This document shows, in pieces, positions 39,266 through 49,062 of a stretch of DNA of 64,000 nt (positions are counted from its first letter, which is position 1; every line of letters starts with the position of its first letter). The stretch covers positions 47 through 64,046 of the forward strand of contig CAJXKY010000009.1 in the NCBI GenBank assembly GCA_913055675.1, given 5' to 3'. This stretch comes from an uncultured Halanaerobiales bacterium. GTDB lineage: Bacteria; Bacillota; Halanaerobiia; Halanaerobiales; M55B127. The notes below the pieces were generated by a model. The model ran no database searches. It was not told the DNA's origin and was given only the letters and a program-made list of their open reading frames with translations. The position numbers and the translations under genes were made by a program.

Positions 39266-40060
39266 TTACATTTTTTTAAATTTTTCTATCCAAAAACTCT
39301 TTTCTTTTGTAATTAATACAATTACTATTAAAATATTAACAATGGTAAATAGATAATAAGCATTAGCAGCATTAATATTGAAATAATTTTGAGAGATATT
39401 AACTCCTCCATGTAAGATAACTGCCGGTATTATACTCTTATTCCCTATTTTATTTTGTAAAAAAGTAAGGATCATTGAAAGTGCTAAAATATTTAATAAA
39501 TACCATCCAAAAGGTAGATTAGCCTGAGGAGAAGCTTTTATAAAGTATAGAGGTATATGCCATATATACCAAATAAGTCCTATTACAATACTTGAAATAA
39601 ATGGGTTAAATTTATTTAAAAGCTTTGGTAATAAAAATCCTCTCCAGCCAAATTCTTCCTGTCCTCCACCTAAAAGCATTATAGTTAATAGATTTAAAGG
39701 ATAAAGATACCATTGGGTATTTACTTCTCTGATTAAATTATTAAGCTGAAAGGAATTTATTATTATATAGACCATAAAAGCAACTATTAAAGGATATGTA
39801 AGGGCGAATAAAATACTTTTTAAATTAGGTTTTGTTTTTATAATATTTTTAAACCACATGATAATTTGTTTTTTATCATTTGTAAAATAAATTGTAATTA
39901 ATGCACCAAAAACCGGTCCAAAACCACCTATAATAATCAACCATTGAGTAGAATTGTTTATATTTTGAGTAAAAATTAAATATGACCAAAGAACCCATGA
40001 AAATAAATAGGTAAAGATTATAAAACTGAATATTTGATTATTCTTAATAAGTTTTCGCAT
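39266..40060 (-). CDS. CPBP (CAAX protease/Abi) intramembrane metalloprotease
   Basis: EEFGWRG, WHIP and HGGVN motifs. Confidence 0.9.
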   Translation of the reverse strand: MRKLIKNNQIFSFIIFTYLFSWVLWSYLIFTQNINNSTQWLIIIGGFGPVFGALITIYFTNDKKQIIMWFKNIIKTKPNLKSILFALTYPLIVAFMVYIIINSFQLNNLIREVNTQWYLYPLNLLTIMLLGGGQEEFGWRGFLLPKLLNKFNPFISSIVIGLIWYIWHIPLYFIKASPQANLPFGWYLLNILALSMILTFLQNKIGNKSIIPAVILHGGVNISQNYFNINAANAYYLFTIVNILIVIVLITKEKSFWIEKFKKM

Positions 40061-40149
40061 AAAAAAATACCTCTTTTCACTAACTCTTGTAAATATTATA
40101 CAAGAGATAAGTTAAAGAGGTATTACCAAAATATTAATTATTTATTAAG

Positions 40150-41130
40150 TTATTGTGTTTCAAAAGGATATTTAAATCCTATAATTTCTCTAGCTCTGTC
40201 TAATATTTTCATATTGTTTAGGGTTATCTGTTTAGTAGCTATATTATTTTCGATATTATTATTCATTATATCTTGATTTACTGCTTTGATTTGATAAGTA
40301 TATCCTTTACTTTCTCTTTCATCTTCAATGTTTTCTTTGTTATCTCCTTTTACTAATACTGCTCTTTGAGCTCTTAAAAAATCCGGGATATAGATTTGGC
40401 CTTCAGTTCCATAAATTGTAGCTTCGGTTAAAATATCGGCTTGTATTGAACAGGTCAACTGAGCAATTTGTTCTTTGGGATATTTTAAAAGTAAAGCAGA
40501 GTGCTCATCTACACCTGTATCTCCTATATAACTAGATGCATTAACATCCTTTGGCTCCCCTTCAAGTAGATAATTTGAGAGGGCTACTGGATAAATACCA
40601 GTATCAAGCAGTGTACCACCGGCAAGTTTTGGATCAAACAATCTTTTATTTTCTTTCTTTACAGCATTAATACCGACGCGTGCTGTTAACAATCTTATTT
40701 CTCCTATTTTCCCTCCATTTATCAATTTTTTAACTTTAAGAATCGGTGGTAAAAAGTATGTCCACATTGCTTCCATTAAAAATAAGTTTTTTTCTTCAGC
40801 TAGTTTAAACATTTTTTGGGCCTGCTTTTCGTTAACAGCAATTGGTTTTTCACATAATACATGTTTATTATTATTTAAGCAAAGTGAAGTATTTTCTAAA
40901 TGATGACTATGAGGGGTAGCTATATAGATTACATCTATTTCATCATCTTTAGCAAGCTCTTCATAATTAGAATAGCTTTTTTCAATATTATTTTTTAATG
41001 CAAATTTTTCTGCTTTATCGCGAGAGCGAGATGCTATTGCAGTGATTTTTCCTTGTTCAATATAATCAAATTCTTCTGTAAAGACTTGAGCAATAAAACC
41101 GGCCCCAATAATTCCCCAGTTAATAGTCAT
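40150..41130 (-). CDS. Gfo/Idh/MocA oxidoreductase
   Basis: GAGFIA, YIATPH, HVLCEKP and GGTLLDTGIY motifs. Confidence 0.92.
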   Translation of the reverse strand: MTINWGIIGAGFIAQVFTEEFDYIEQGKITAIASRSRDKAEKFALKNNIEKSYSNYEELAKDDEIDVIYIATPHSHHLENTSLCLNNNKHVLCEKPIAVNEKQAQKMFKLAEEKNLFLMEAMWTYFLPPILKVKKLINGGKIGEIRLLTARVGINAVKKENKRLFDPKLAGGTLLDTGIYPVALSNYLLEGEPKDVNASSYIGDTGVDEHSALLLKYPKEQIAQLTCSIQADILTEATIYGTEGQIYIPDFLRAQRAVLVKGDNKENIEDERESKGYTYQIKAVNQDIMNNNIENNIATKQITLNNMKILDRAREIIGFKYPFETQ

Positions 41131-41223
41131 TTAAATTTACCTCCTTAAGGTATAAAAATATGTTCATAATTTTCTTAATATTATTGTATCAAAATTAAGA
41201 TGAAATTTACACTAAATAAAAAA

Positions 41224-41259
41224 AAGAGTTTGGAGATAATTTACTTTCTCCAAACTCTT
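41224..41259 (-). terminator. Intrinsic terminator
   Basis: AAGAGTTTGGAGA/TCTCCAAACTCTT stem, with a U-tract on the minus strand. Confidence 0.8.
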
Positions 41260-41302
41260 GATTAAGTCTTAGTGATTATATATTAAATTGTTTGGTTATA
41301 CT

Positions 41303-43606
41303 TTAATTTGCTTCTACCCAGATTGGGTTTGTATATAAATGGTTACCAGCTTTATCTACTATAATTAATGAATACCAAGTATCTTCAGAAGTAGGTAGAT
41401 AGAATTCATATTCTTTTTCTTCAACTTCTTCAAGGTCTACATATTGTGAAGAAAGAAGTCTTGATTTAATTTTTTCTCCTTCTTTTACTACATGTACTTC
41501 TTTTAGACCTTTAGCTGCTGCAGCCTCAAATGAAAGTTCAAAAACTCCATTTTCAAGTTGATAGGTTTGACCAAAGTCTTTTTCTGGATATACTAATGGT
41601 CCGCGACTAACAAAAGAATTACCTTCTTTAACTGCTGCTGAAAAAGTTTCTGCAGTTAAATCACCTTCCACATTAGCGAAAGTACGAATATAGCCGGTTG
41701 TATTGCTTTCAATATCATGTATATCAGTATTACCTACCATATATTTTTCTTTACCTTGATTCCATAGATTGTATAATTTATTGATAGTTTTCTTATCACT
41801 ATTTTTGATCTTTTGTTTTCTAATTTCTACGACATCATAATCATTATCATAACCACCTGGGATTGAGTCATTATTTTGGGCATTATAATATCCATAAGAA
41901 ATCCAGGGATGGTTTATTTGAATAACTACATCTTCTAATTCGCGAGCAGTTTCAAATATTTCACTAGCTGTTCCTGTACTATGAAGTTTTTCATATCCCA
42001 TAGGTAGTGGAAATACATTGAAGTGTGACCACATAGGGGAAATTTCCACAGATGGGATGAATGGTAAATCTCTTTGATTTGCAAATTCCTTTACTGCTCT
42101 ATGTCTTGCTACTGAGTCATGATCACTTACAAAGGCCAAATCTGTTTGTGCTGCTAGGTTTGAAATAACTAATTCTTTTGGAGTTGTAATTCCATCTAAA
42201 ATGTCTGAATGTTGATGGAGATCTGCACTATACCAATTATGGTCATTGGGTTGTTTTGTGATATTAATTGTAGCAGAAAGATTATTAGTTTCTCCACTTT
42301 TAACTGTAATATCTTCTAAAGTTGTTTCCTCTGCAACAAAAGGAGCACCAGAATTAATAGTCATATCATAAGTTGCAGGTGGAAATGCAAAACTTGCTTT
42401 TCCCTTATTATCTAAATTGGTAAATTTAGTAGTACTTCCTAAATATCTAATTGGATATTCCGGACCACCAGAAATCTCTATTTTTGCATCAAGAGGTTTT
42501 TCTGTATTATTTTCAGAGACTCCTAAATTAATATTACCGGGTCCTTTAACATCTGTTAAATTAACTGTTTTTTCTTCATTTTCTTTTACAGTTACCTTTT
42601 TACTACTACTGGGGGCATTTTTTTCTGCCATTGCTTTTAATTGATAAGTACCAGTAGGTAAGTCAAATGAATATTTTCCATCTTTTCCAATATTCCAACC
42701 AAATACTTCACCATTTTTATAGGCAACTACAATTAATTTTTCTAATTTTTGTCCCTGAGTATTGATAACTTTTCCCGATACTTTACCACGGGCTGTATCG
42801 TTGAGTTCCATGTTGAAGTCTATTACTGGAGATGATTCCCCCTTAGGAACAACCTGTAGCCAGGCTTCATAGGTTTTTTCATCTTCAGGATTAAAAGTAT
42901 TTGTTTTAAACTGTTCTGTCCAAGTGGTACCTCCGTCAACTGTACTATAGTAATTAGAATGTAGGCCAAAAGCCCAATTCTCATTATAGCCTACCATCCA
43001 GTCGCCGAGAGTGTTTTCTCTTGCACCACGGCCACCTGGAACATCGATCCAGCCACCTTCAATTGATAAGGTATAGCCTGAATTAATATCTTCATGTACT
43101 TCTTTAGCATTCTTTAAAGTTGATTCTAAATGAACGAATTCATCACCTTTTTCTAAAGTTATCGTGGTTATTAACTCTGCTTCATACCAGTCTCTTTTTA
43201 CTTCAACTACACCTTTTTTAGGTGAATTTTCTACTATTTTTACATCTTGATAATCTGTTGGCCAACCTGACCATCTATCTGGCAGGAAGTCAACTAGGAT
43301 TAGTCTATCTAATTGAATTTCTCCGTCTACAACTGGAGCACCATCAAGGATTCCACCTCTTGGAACACCCCAGGGAGGTTTACTTCCTTCTGTACCGGAT
43401 ATTGTTACTGCAAAATTACTGTTTTTCATTGTAATATCATTTTCTGAGTTAGCTTCGCCACCAGGAATTGGAGTCCAACCCTTTTCGACCTTTACTCCGT
43501 TGTCAGCTGCTTGAATTATTCCTGTAGATGTGCTTAGACTTACTAGTAGAACTAAAATTCCTAATGAGATTAATAAGTTTTTGAAATTGACTTTATCTTG
43601 TATCAT
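41303..43606 (-). CDS. Secreted CehA/McbA-like PHP metallohydrolase with carboxypeptidase-regulatory-like beta domains
   Basis: Signal peptide; DLHQHS, SDHD, HFN, INHP and NTDIH metal ligands in the C-terminal half. Confidence 0.75.
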   Translation of the reverse strand: MIQDKVNFKNLLISLGILVLLVSLSTSTGIIQAADNGVKVEKGWTPIPGGEANSENDITMKNSNFAVTISGTEGSKPPWGVPRGGILDGAPVVDGEIQLDRLILVDFLPDRWSGWPTDYQDVKIVENSPKKGVVEVKRDWYEAELITTITLEKGDEFVHLESTLKNAKEVHEDINSGYTLSIEGGWIDVPGGRGARENTLGDWMVGYNENWAFGLHSNYYSTVDGGTTWTEQFKTNTFNPEDEKTYEAWLQVVPKGESSPVIDFNMELNDTARGKVSGKVINTQGQKLEKLIVVAYKNGEVFGWNIGKDGKYSFDLPTGTYQLKAMAEKNAPSSSKKVTVKENEEKTVNLTDVKGPGNINLGVSENNTEKPLDAKIEISGGPEYPIRYLGSTTKFTNLDNKGKASFAFPPATYDMTINSGAPFVAEETTLEDITVKSGETNNLSATINITKQPNDHNWYSADLHQHSDILDGITTPKELVISNLAAQTDLAFVSDHDSVARHRAVKEFANQRDLPFIPSVEISPMWSHFNVFPLPMGYEKLHSTGTASEIFETARELEDVVIQINHPWISYGYYNAQNNDSIPGGYDNDYDVVEIRKQKIKNSDKKTINKLYNLWNQGKEKYMVGNTDIHDIESNTTGYIRTFANVEGDLTAETFSAAVKEGNSFVSRGPLVYPEKDFGQTYQLENGVFELSFEAAAAKGLKEVHVVKEGEKIKSRLLSSQYVDLEEVEEKEYEFYLPTSEDTWYSLIIVDKAGNHLYTNPIWVEAN

Positions 43607-43834
43607 TAATTTTTAACCTCCTGTTTGAATTTATTGAAATATTTTTCTTGATTGATAGTGACCGTTATAAATAATAACATATATATTTGACTTGTCAAGC
43701 CCTGTATAACTCTTAGAAAAAATCAGCTCTTAAATATTTAAACATTCTCTTACAATTTTGAATATATACCATTATTTCATAAATATTTAAAAGTTTTTAA
43801 CAATTATTTATCTTTTTCATATTAAAAATAAAAA

Positions 43835-43869
43835 AACCCTCCAATACCGTGAACTGGTAATGGAAGGTT
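43835..43869 (-). terminator. Intrinsic terminator after P-type ATPase
   Basis: Imperfect stem AACCCTCCAATACC/GGTAATGGAAGGTT with a long U-tract on the minus strand. Confidence 0.7.
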
Positions 43870-43879
43870 AATCAAATTA

Positions 43880-46564
43880 TTATTTAGTTTTTAAACGATG
43901 TCGTATCAACGAATATGCTTGAATCAATAATATGGGACATATTGCACCTAGCATAACGATGTACCACATATTAAGGGTAAGGTTTGTTGTATGAATTATT
44001 TTCTGTAAAAACGGGGTATAAACGGCTATAAGCTGTAATAAGATTGTAAATGCTACTGCTCCCCATAAATATTTGTTTTTAAGTAATGTCTTATCAAATC
44101 CAAGTCCGTTTTTACGTCTTACATTAAACACATGTAAGAGTTGTACAAATGCTAATGTCATAAAACCAATTGTTCTACTTTCGGTAAGATTGAAAATATT
44201 CAAAGAATACATATAAGTTAAAAGTGGACCTAAAGTAAGGATTAAACCCTGGATTCCAATTTTAATCTTAAATTTATTAGTTAAAATAGCTTTGTCAGGG
44301 TCTCTAGGTGGTTTATTCATTATATTAGCTTCCGGTTCTTCCCAGGCCATAACTAAGGCAGGGAATACATCTGTTACAAGATTCAACCATAAGATCTGTA
44401 ATGCTAATAAAGGGGTTGGTAATTGAAATAGGATTCCCAAAAAGATAAACATTATTTCACTTAAATTACAAGAAAATAGGAAGTGAATAAATTTTTGGAT
44501 GTTATCAAAAATTACTCTACCCTGTTTAATTGCATCAACAATAGTCCCAAATCTATCATCCAGTAAAACCATATCTGAGGCTTCTTTAGCTACTGCTGTA
44601 CCCCTTTGGCCCATTGAAACTCCAATATCAGCCTTTTTAAGAGCTGGTGCATCATTCACTCCGTCACCTGTCATGGCAGTAACTTCATTATTACCATTTA
44701 ATGCATCTATAATATCTAACTTATCTTTTGGTGAAACTCTAGCAAAAATTGAGTTGTTTCTAATTTTTTCTTTGAGTTCATTTAAGTCGAACTTTTTGAG
44801 CTGTGAACCGGTTATAGGATTTTGAGTATCATCACCAATACCGACCATTTTCCCTATTGCATATGCGGTATCACTTTGATCACCTGTAATCATTATTGTT
44901 CTTACTCCTGCCTGTTTAGCAGTGGCTATTGATTTTTTAACATCAGAGCGAGGTGGATCCATAATACCAGCAAAACCTAGAAAAATTAGATTATTTTCAA
45001 TATCATCATCTATATCTTCTTTTTCTTTTTCCTTATAGGCAACTCCAAGAACTCTTAATCCTTTTCTACCCATCTTGTGATTTATATTAGTAAATTCTTC
45101 TTTTGCATCTTCATTTAAATCTTCAATAGAATTTTTAACTAAATATTTATCACATTTATCTAGTACAACATTGGGAGCACCTTTAAAATAAATATATTCT
45201 TTATCTTCAGGTTCCGAATACGAGACAGCCATAAATTTCTTTTCTGAAGTAAAGGGAATTTCAGCTGTTCTACTATAATCATTTTTTTCCATTTCGTTCT
45301 TAGAAATATCGGCTTTATTTGCTGCAGTAACTAGGGCACCTTCAGTTGGATCTCCTACGACTTTCCATAAATTTTCATCCTTATTTATAGATGCATTGCT
45401 GCTTAGAGTAGCAGCTTTTAAAAATAGCTGAAGATCTTGATCATCTTCAACATCTATAACTTCATTATTTACTTTAAATTCACCTTCAGGTTTATATCCT
45501 GTACCTGTAACTTCAATATTTTTATCATTTAAATAAATTTGGTTAACGGTCATCTGGTTTTCTGTTAAAGTACCTGTTTTATCTGTACAAATTACTGTAG
45601 TTGAACCTAATGTTTCTACAGCTGGAAGACTTTTAACAAGGGCATTATGTTTAGCCATTATTCTCATACCAATTGCAAGAGTTATTGTGGCTACAGCTGG
45701 TAAACCTTCTGGAACTGCTGCAATAGCTAGTGCAATACCTGTTTTTAACATTTCTATGATATCTTTACCGTTAATGATTCCTAATAGGGAAACAACTCCA
45801 GCTAAAACCAAAGTTATTACGATTAAAGATTTACCTAACTGGTCTAGTTTTTCTTCCAATGGCGTTTTTTCATCTTTAGTTTGGCTTAAAAGGTCACTTA
45901 TTTCACCCATCTGGGTATTGTTACCTGTATCAGTGATAACTGCTACTCCATTACCTCTCGTAACAGCTGTTCCCATATATATCATATTTTCTGTATCGGC
46001 TATAGGAACATCTTCTTCAATTTTATTAGTATGTTTACTGACTGGTTCTGATTCTCCAGTTAAAGCAGATTCATCTAAAGCCAAGTTATCTGCTTCAATT
46101 AGTCTACCATCAGCAGTTACTCTGTCTCCTTCTTCTATAATTAAAATATCTCCAGGTACAACATTTTCTGAATTAATTTCTTTTACTTTACCATTTCTTA
46201 AAACTTTAGCTTGAGTTGTAATCATTTTCTTTAATTCTTCTACAGATTTTTCGGCTCTATATTCTGTTATAAAGCCAAATAAGGCATTTATGATAATTAC
46301 AGCCAGAATTGCGAATCCTTCAATAGTATCTCCAATAAAAAATGAAATACTTGAAGCCATTATTAAAAGAATTACAATAATATTTTTGAATTGGCTTATT
46401 AAAATTTCCCATGGGGAGATTTGTGAACCCCTTTTTAAAGAATTGGATCCATATTCTTTTAATCTTTGTTCTGCTTCGTTTTGCTTTAAACCATTTTTAT
46501 AATTTACATCCAAACTTTCCAAAACTTTTTTATAACTATACTTATATACTTCTTTAATTTCCAT
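43880..46564 (-). CDS. P2A-type cation (Ca2+/Na+-like) transporting ATPase
   Basis: TGES, AVPEGL, DKTGTLT, MITGD, TGDGVNDAPAL and NLVTD motifs; ATG 46564 after GAGGAGG. Confidence 0.93.
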   Translation of the reverse strand: MEIKEVYKYSYKKVLESLDVNYKNGLKQNEAEQRLKEYGSNSLKRGSQISPWEILISQFKNIIVILLIMASSISFFIGDTIEGFAILAVIIINALFGFITEYRAEKSVEELKKMITTQAKVLRNGKVKEINSENVVPGDILIIEEGDRVTADGRLIEADNLALDESALTGESEPVSKHTNKIEEDVPIADTENMIYMGTAVTRGNGVAVITDTGNNTQMGEISDLLSQTKDEKTPLEEKLDQLGKSLIVITLVLAGVVSLLGIINGKDIIEMLKTGIALAIAAVPEGLPAVATITLAIGMRIMAKHNALVKSLPAVETLGSTTVICTDKTGTLTENQMTVNQIYLNDKNIEVTGTGYKPEGEFKVNNEVIDVEDDQDLQLFLKAATLSSNASINKDENLWKVVGDPTEGALVTAANKADISKNEMEKNDYSRTAEIPFTSEKKFMAVSYSEPEDKEYIYFKGAPNVVLDKCDKYLVKNSIEDLNEDAKEEFTNINHKMGRKGLRVLGVAYKEKEKEDIDDDIENNLIFLGFAGIMDPPRSDVKKSIATAKQAGVRTIMITGDQSDTAYAIGKMVGIGDDTQNPITGSQLKKFDLNELKEKIRNNSIFARVSPKDKLDIIDALNGNNEVTAMTGDGVNDAPALKKADIGVSMGQRGTAVAKEASDMVLLDDRFGTIVDAIKQGRVIFDNIQKFIHFLFSCNLSEIMFIFLGILFQLPTPLLALQILWLNLVTDVFPALVMAWEEPEANIMNKPPRDPDKAILTNKFKIKIGIQGLILTLGPLLTYMYSLNIFNLTESRTIGFMTLAFVQLLHVFNVRRKNGLGFDKTLLKNKYLWGAVAFTILLQLIAVYTPFLQKIIHTTNLTLNMWYIVMLGAICPILLIQAYSLIRHRLKTK

Positions 46565-46665
46565 AAGTATTGACCCTCCTCGGGGCAAGCCTCAGTGGTT
46601 TGCGAGTGGTCTTAACTTCTATCACTCTCTTTAAGGTATTTAAAAAATATGTTTATTAAAAAAGA

Positions 46666-46687
46666 AAAACCAGTAATTACTGGTTTT
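46666..46687 (-). terminator. Terminator after ktrA
   Basis: AAAACCAGT-AATT-ACTGGTTTT with U-tract. Confidence 0.7.
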
Positions 46688-47333
46688 AAAGATGTCTAAC
46701 TTGATCTAAATTTTCATTTTTACCCATTACTATTAGAGTATCGTCTTCCAATATTTTATCATTTCCGCCTGGGGTCATATTAAGTGATTGACCTCGTTTT
46801 ATAGCCATAACATTTACATCATATTTATTTCGAAACCCAAGTTCTGCTAAAGTTTTACCAACCATAGTTTCAGAAGCCATAATTTCGACAACACTGTAAT
46901 TGGGGGCAAATTCTAAATAGTCTAATACATTGGAAGAAATTAGGTTATTAGCAATTCGTTCTCCCATATCCCTTTCTGGATAGACTACTCGATCAGCTCC
47001 TACTTTTGTAAGAACTTTACCGTGTAAATTATCCTGCGCTTTTACTATTACATAAGGGACCTCAAGTTCTTTTAATATTAATGTACACAATATATTTGCA
47101 TGTAAATTATCACCGATACTAACGATAGCAACATCAAAGTTTCTTACTCCTAATGTTTTTAAAGCTTCTTCATCAGTTGCATCAGCTTCTACGGCATGGG
47201 TTACTGAGTTTGAAATATCCTGTATAATTTGATGGTCCTGATCAATGGCAAGCACATCATAACCATTATCAGTTAGAGTTTTGGCAACACTAGAACCAAA
47301 TCTACCAAGACCTACAACAATAAACTGCTTCAT
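46686..47333 (-). CDS. ktrA: KtrA-type K+ uptake regulatory subunit
   Basis: VGLGRFG, DATDE and PERDMG motifs; RCK_C domain. Confidence 0.92.
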   Translation of the reverse strand: MKQFIVVGLGRFGSSVAKTLTDNGYDVLAIDQDHQIIQDISNSVTHAVEADATDEEALKTLGVRNFDVAIVSIGDNLHANILCTLILKELEVPYVIVKAQDNLHGKVLTKVGADRVVYPERDMGERIANNLISSNVLDYLEFAPNYSVVEIMASETMVGKTLAELGFRNKYDVNVMAIKRGQSLNMTPGGNDKILEDDTLIVMGKNENLDQVRHL

Positions 47334-47361
47334 ATTATTAGCCTCCTAATTAAAAACTATC

Positions 47362-48705
47362 TTAACCAACCATTACATCTTCTGTTGGATAATGATAAAT
47401 ACCTTTTCTTTCTTTTTCTGCAAAGGCAACTGCAAATGTTAATGGTCCGACTCTTCCGGCAAACATTGTAAAGATTATCAATGTTCGTCCAATTTCCGAT
47501 AAGTTAGGAGTAACACCGGTCGATAACCCAACAGTACCAAATGCAGAAACTGTTTCAAATAATATATCTAAAAAGGTAGCCTGTTCTGTAATAGTTAATA
47601 TTATAGTAACAAATACAACTAAACCCGCAGAAATCATGGTGATTGCAATAGCTTTAAAGATAATATCTTTTTCTAACTGTCTGTTAAAGATTTCTATATC
47701 TTTTTTCCCAATCATTAAGTTCCAAAGAGTTAAGATCATAACTCCAAAAGTTGTAGTTTTAATACCGCCTCCAGTTGAACCTGGTGAAGCACCAATAAAC
47801 ATTAATATTATTATAAAAAATAGTGTGGAATTTCTTAAAGACCCAGTGGGCACCGTATTGAAACCGGCGGTTCTTGGTGTTACAGAAAGAAATAGTGAAG
47901 ATAACATTTTATCACCAAATTTTAGATTCCCCATTGTTTCTGGGTTGGTAAATTCAAAACCAAAGATAACTATCATTCCAAATACTATTAAAAATCCCGA
48001 TATTAAAAATACTATTTTGGTTTGGAGACTTATGTGTTTGAATTTTTTAAGATTAAAGATTTCAGTTATTACTCCAAAACCTATTCCTCCGATAATTATT
48101 AAACTCATAACCACAAAGTTAATTGCGATATCACCAGTAAAACTCTCTAGAGAATTACCAAACAAGTCAAATCCTGCGTTATTAAAGGCAGAAACGGCAT
48201 GGAATACCGCTAAATATAGAGCGCGCATAGGTTCGTAATCTACAAGTAGCCGGAAAAACATGATTAAGGCTCCAATACCTTCAAATATCAAAGTGAAACC
48301 AATTACATATCTAATTAGTCTTACTAAACCAGAAATTTTAAATTGATTTAAATCTTCTTGTATTATCAATCTTTCTTTTAAAGTAATTTTTTTACCGATT
48401 ATAAAAGCTACAAGGGTTGACATAGTCATAATACCCAATCCACCGATTTGGATTAAAATCATAATTACAAGTTGGCCAAATACAGTAAAAGCAGAAGCTG
48501 TATTTACTACAATTAGACCAGTTACACAAGTAGCAGAAGTAGAAGTAAATAATGCATTTAGAAAGCTCATTCCACCTGCTTGGGTTGTGGCTGATGGTAA
48601 CATAAGTAGCATTGTACCTGTAATTATTATTACAAAGTAACCCGATACTAATATTTGTGCTGTAGACATATCTTCTATGTTAAGATTCAATATTTTTTTA
48701 AACAA
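47362..48705 (-). CDS. ktrB: KtrB-type K+ uptake membrane subunit
   Basis: SATCVTGL, SAFNNAGF, PRTAGF, SAFGTVGL and GRVG motifs; TTG 48705 after AAGGAG. Confidence 0.92.
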   Translation of the reverse strand: MFKKILNLNIEDMSTAQILVSGYFVIIITGTMLLMLPSATTQAGGMSFLNALFTSTSATCVTGLIVVNTASAFTVFGQLVIMILIQIGGLGIMTMSTLVAFIIGKKITLKERLIIQEDLNQFKISGLVRLIRYVIGFTLIFEGIGALIMFFRLLVDYEPMRALYLAVFHAVSAFNNAGFDLFGNSLESFTGDIAINFVVMSLIIIGGIGFGVITEIFNLKKFKHISLQTKIVFLISGFLIVFGMIVIFGFEFTNPETMGNLKFGDKMLSSLFLSVTPRTAGFNTVPTGSLRNSTLFFIIILMFIGASPGSTGGGIKTTTFGVMILTLWNLMIGKKDIEIFNRQLEKDIIFKAIAITMISAGLVVFVTIILTITEQATFLDILFETVSAFGTVGLSTGVTPNLSEIGRTLIIFTMFAGRVGPLTFAVAFAEKERKGIYHYPTEDVMVG

Positions 48706-48783
48706 GACAAACAGCTCCTTAACAATTAAACTTTCTAATAAACATTCTAAAATCAATTATACTATAATTCATTATAAAAGTAA

Positions 48784-48803
48784 AAACCGGGAAACCCCGG
48801 TTT
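48784..48803 (-). terminator. Terminator after rubredoxin
   Basis: AAACCGGG-AAAC-CCCGGTTT. Confidence 0.7.
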
Positions 48804-48828
48804 AATTACTTTCTAAATTTATTATGTT

Positions 48829-48990
48829 TTATTCATATGGTTCAAATAAGTCTTTACCTACTCCACAATCCGGGCAGACCCAATCATCTGGTAAGTCTTC
48901 AAAAGCGGTACCGGGTTCAATACCTGCAGTGGGGTCTCCTTTTTCAGGATCATAAATATACATACATACTGTACATTGATATTTTTGCAT
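48829..48990 (-). CDS. Rubredoxin (53 aa, absent from ORF track)
   Basis: [53 protein letters not shown]; SD GGGGAG; TTGACA-16-TATAAT upstream. Confidence 0.96.
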   Translation of the reverse strand: MQKYQCTVCMYIYDPEKGDPTAGIEPGTAFEDLPDDWVCPDCGVGKDLFEPYE

Positions 48991-49062
48991 TAATATCTCC
49001 CCTTCCATATTATTAATATTATTATACCATAAAAAGTGTACTTGTCAATAATTGTTAATTCT

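Noticed and set aside
33002-48238. Long antisense ORFs (33002..33400, 45687..46214, 47636..48238 and similar)
   Set aside because: Codon-mirror shadows of well-conserved genes, with no SD or recognisable motifs.
48757-48828. c-di-AMP (ydaO) riboswitch upstream of ktrB
   Set aside because: The space is short and holds only the rubredoxin terminator and AT-rich promoter DNA.
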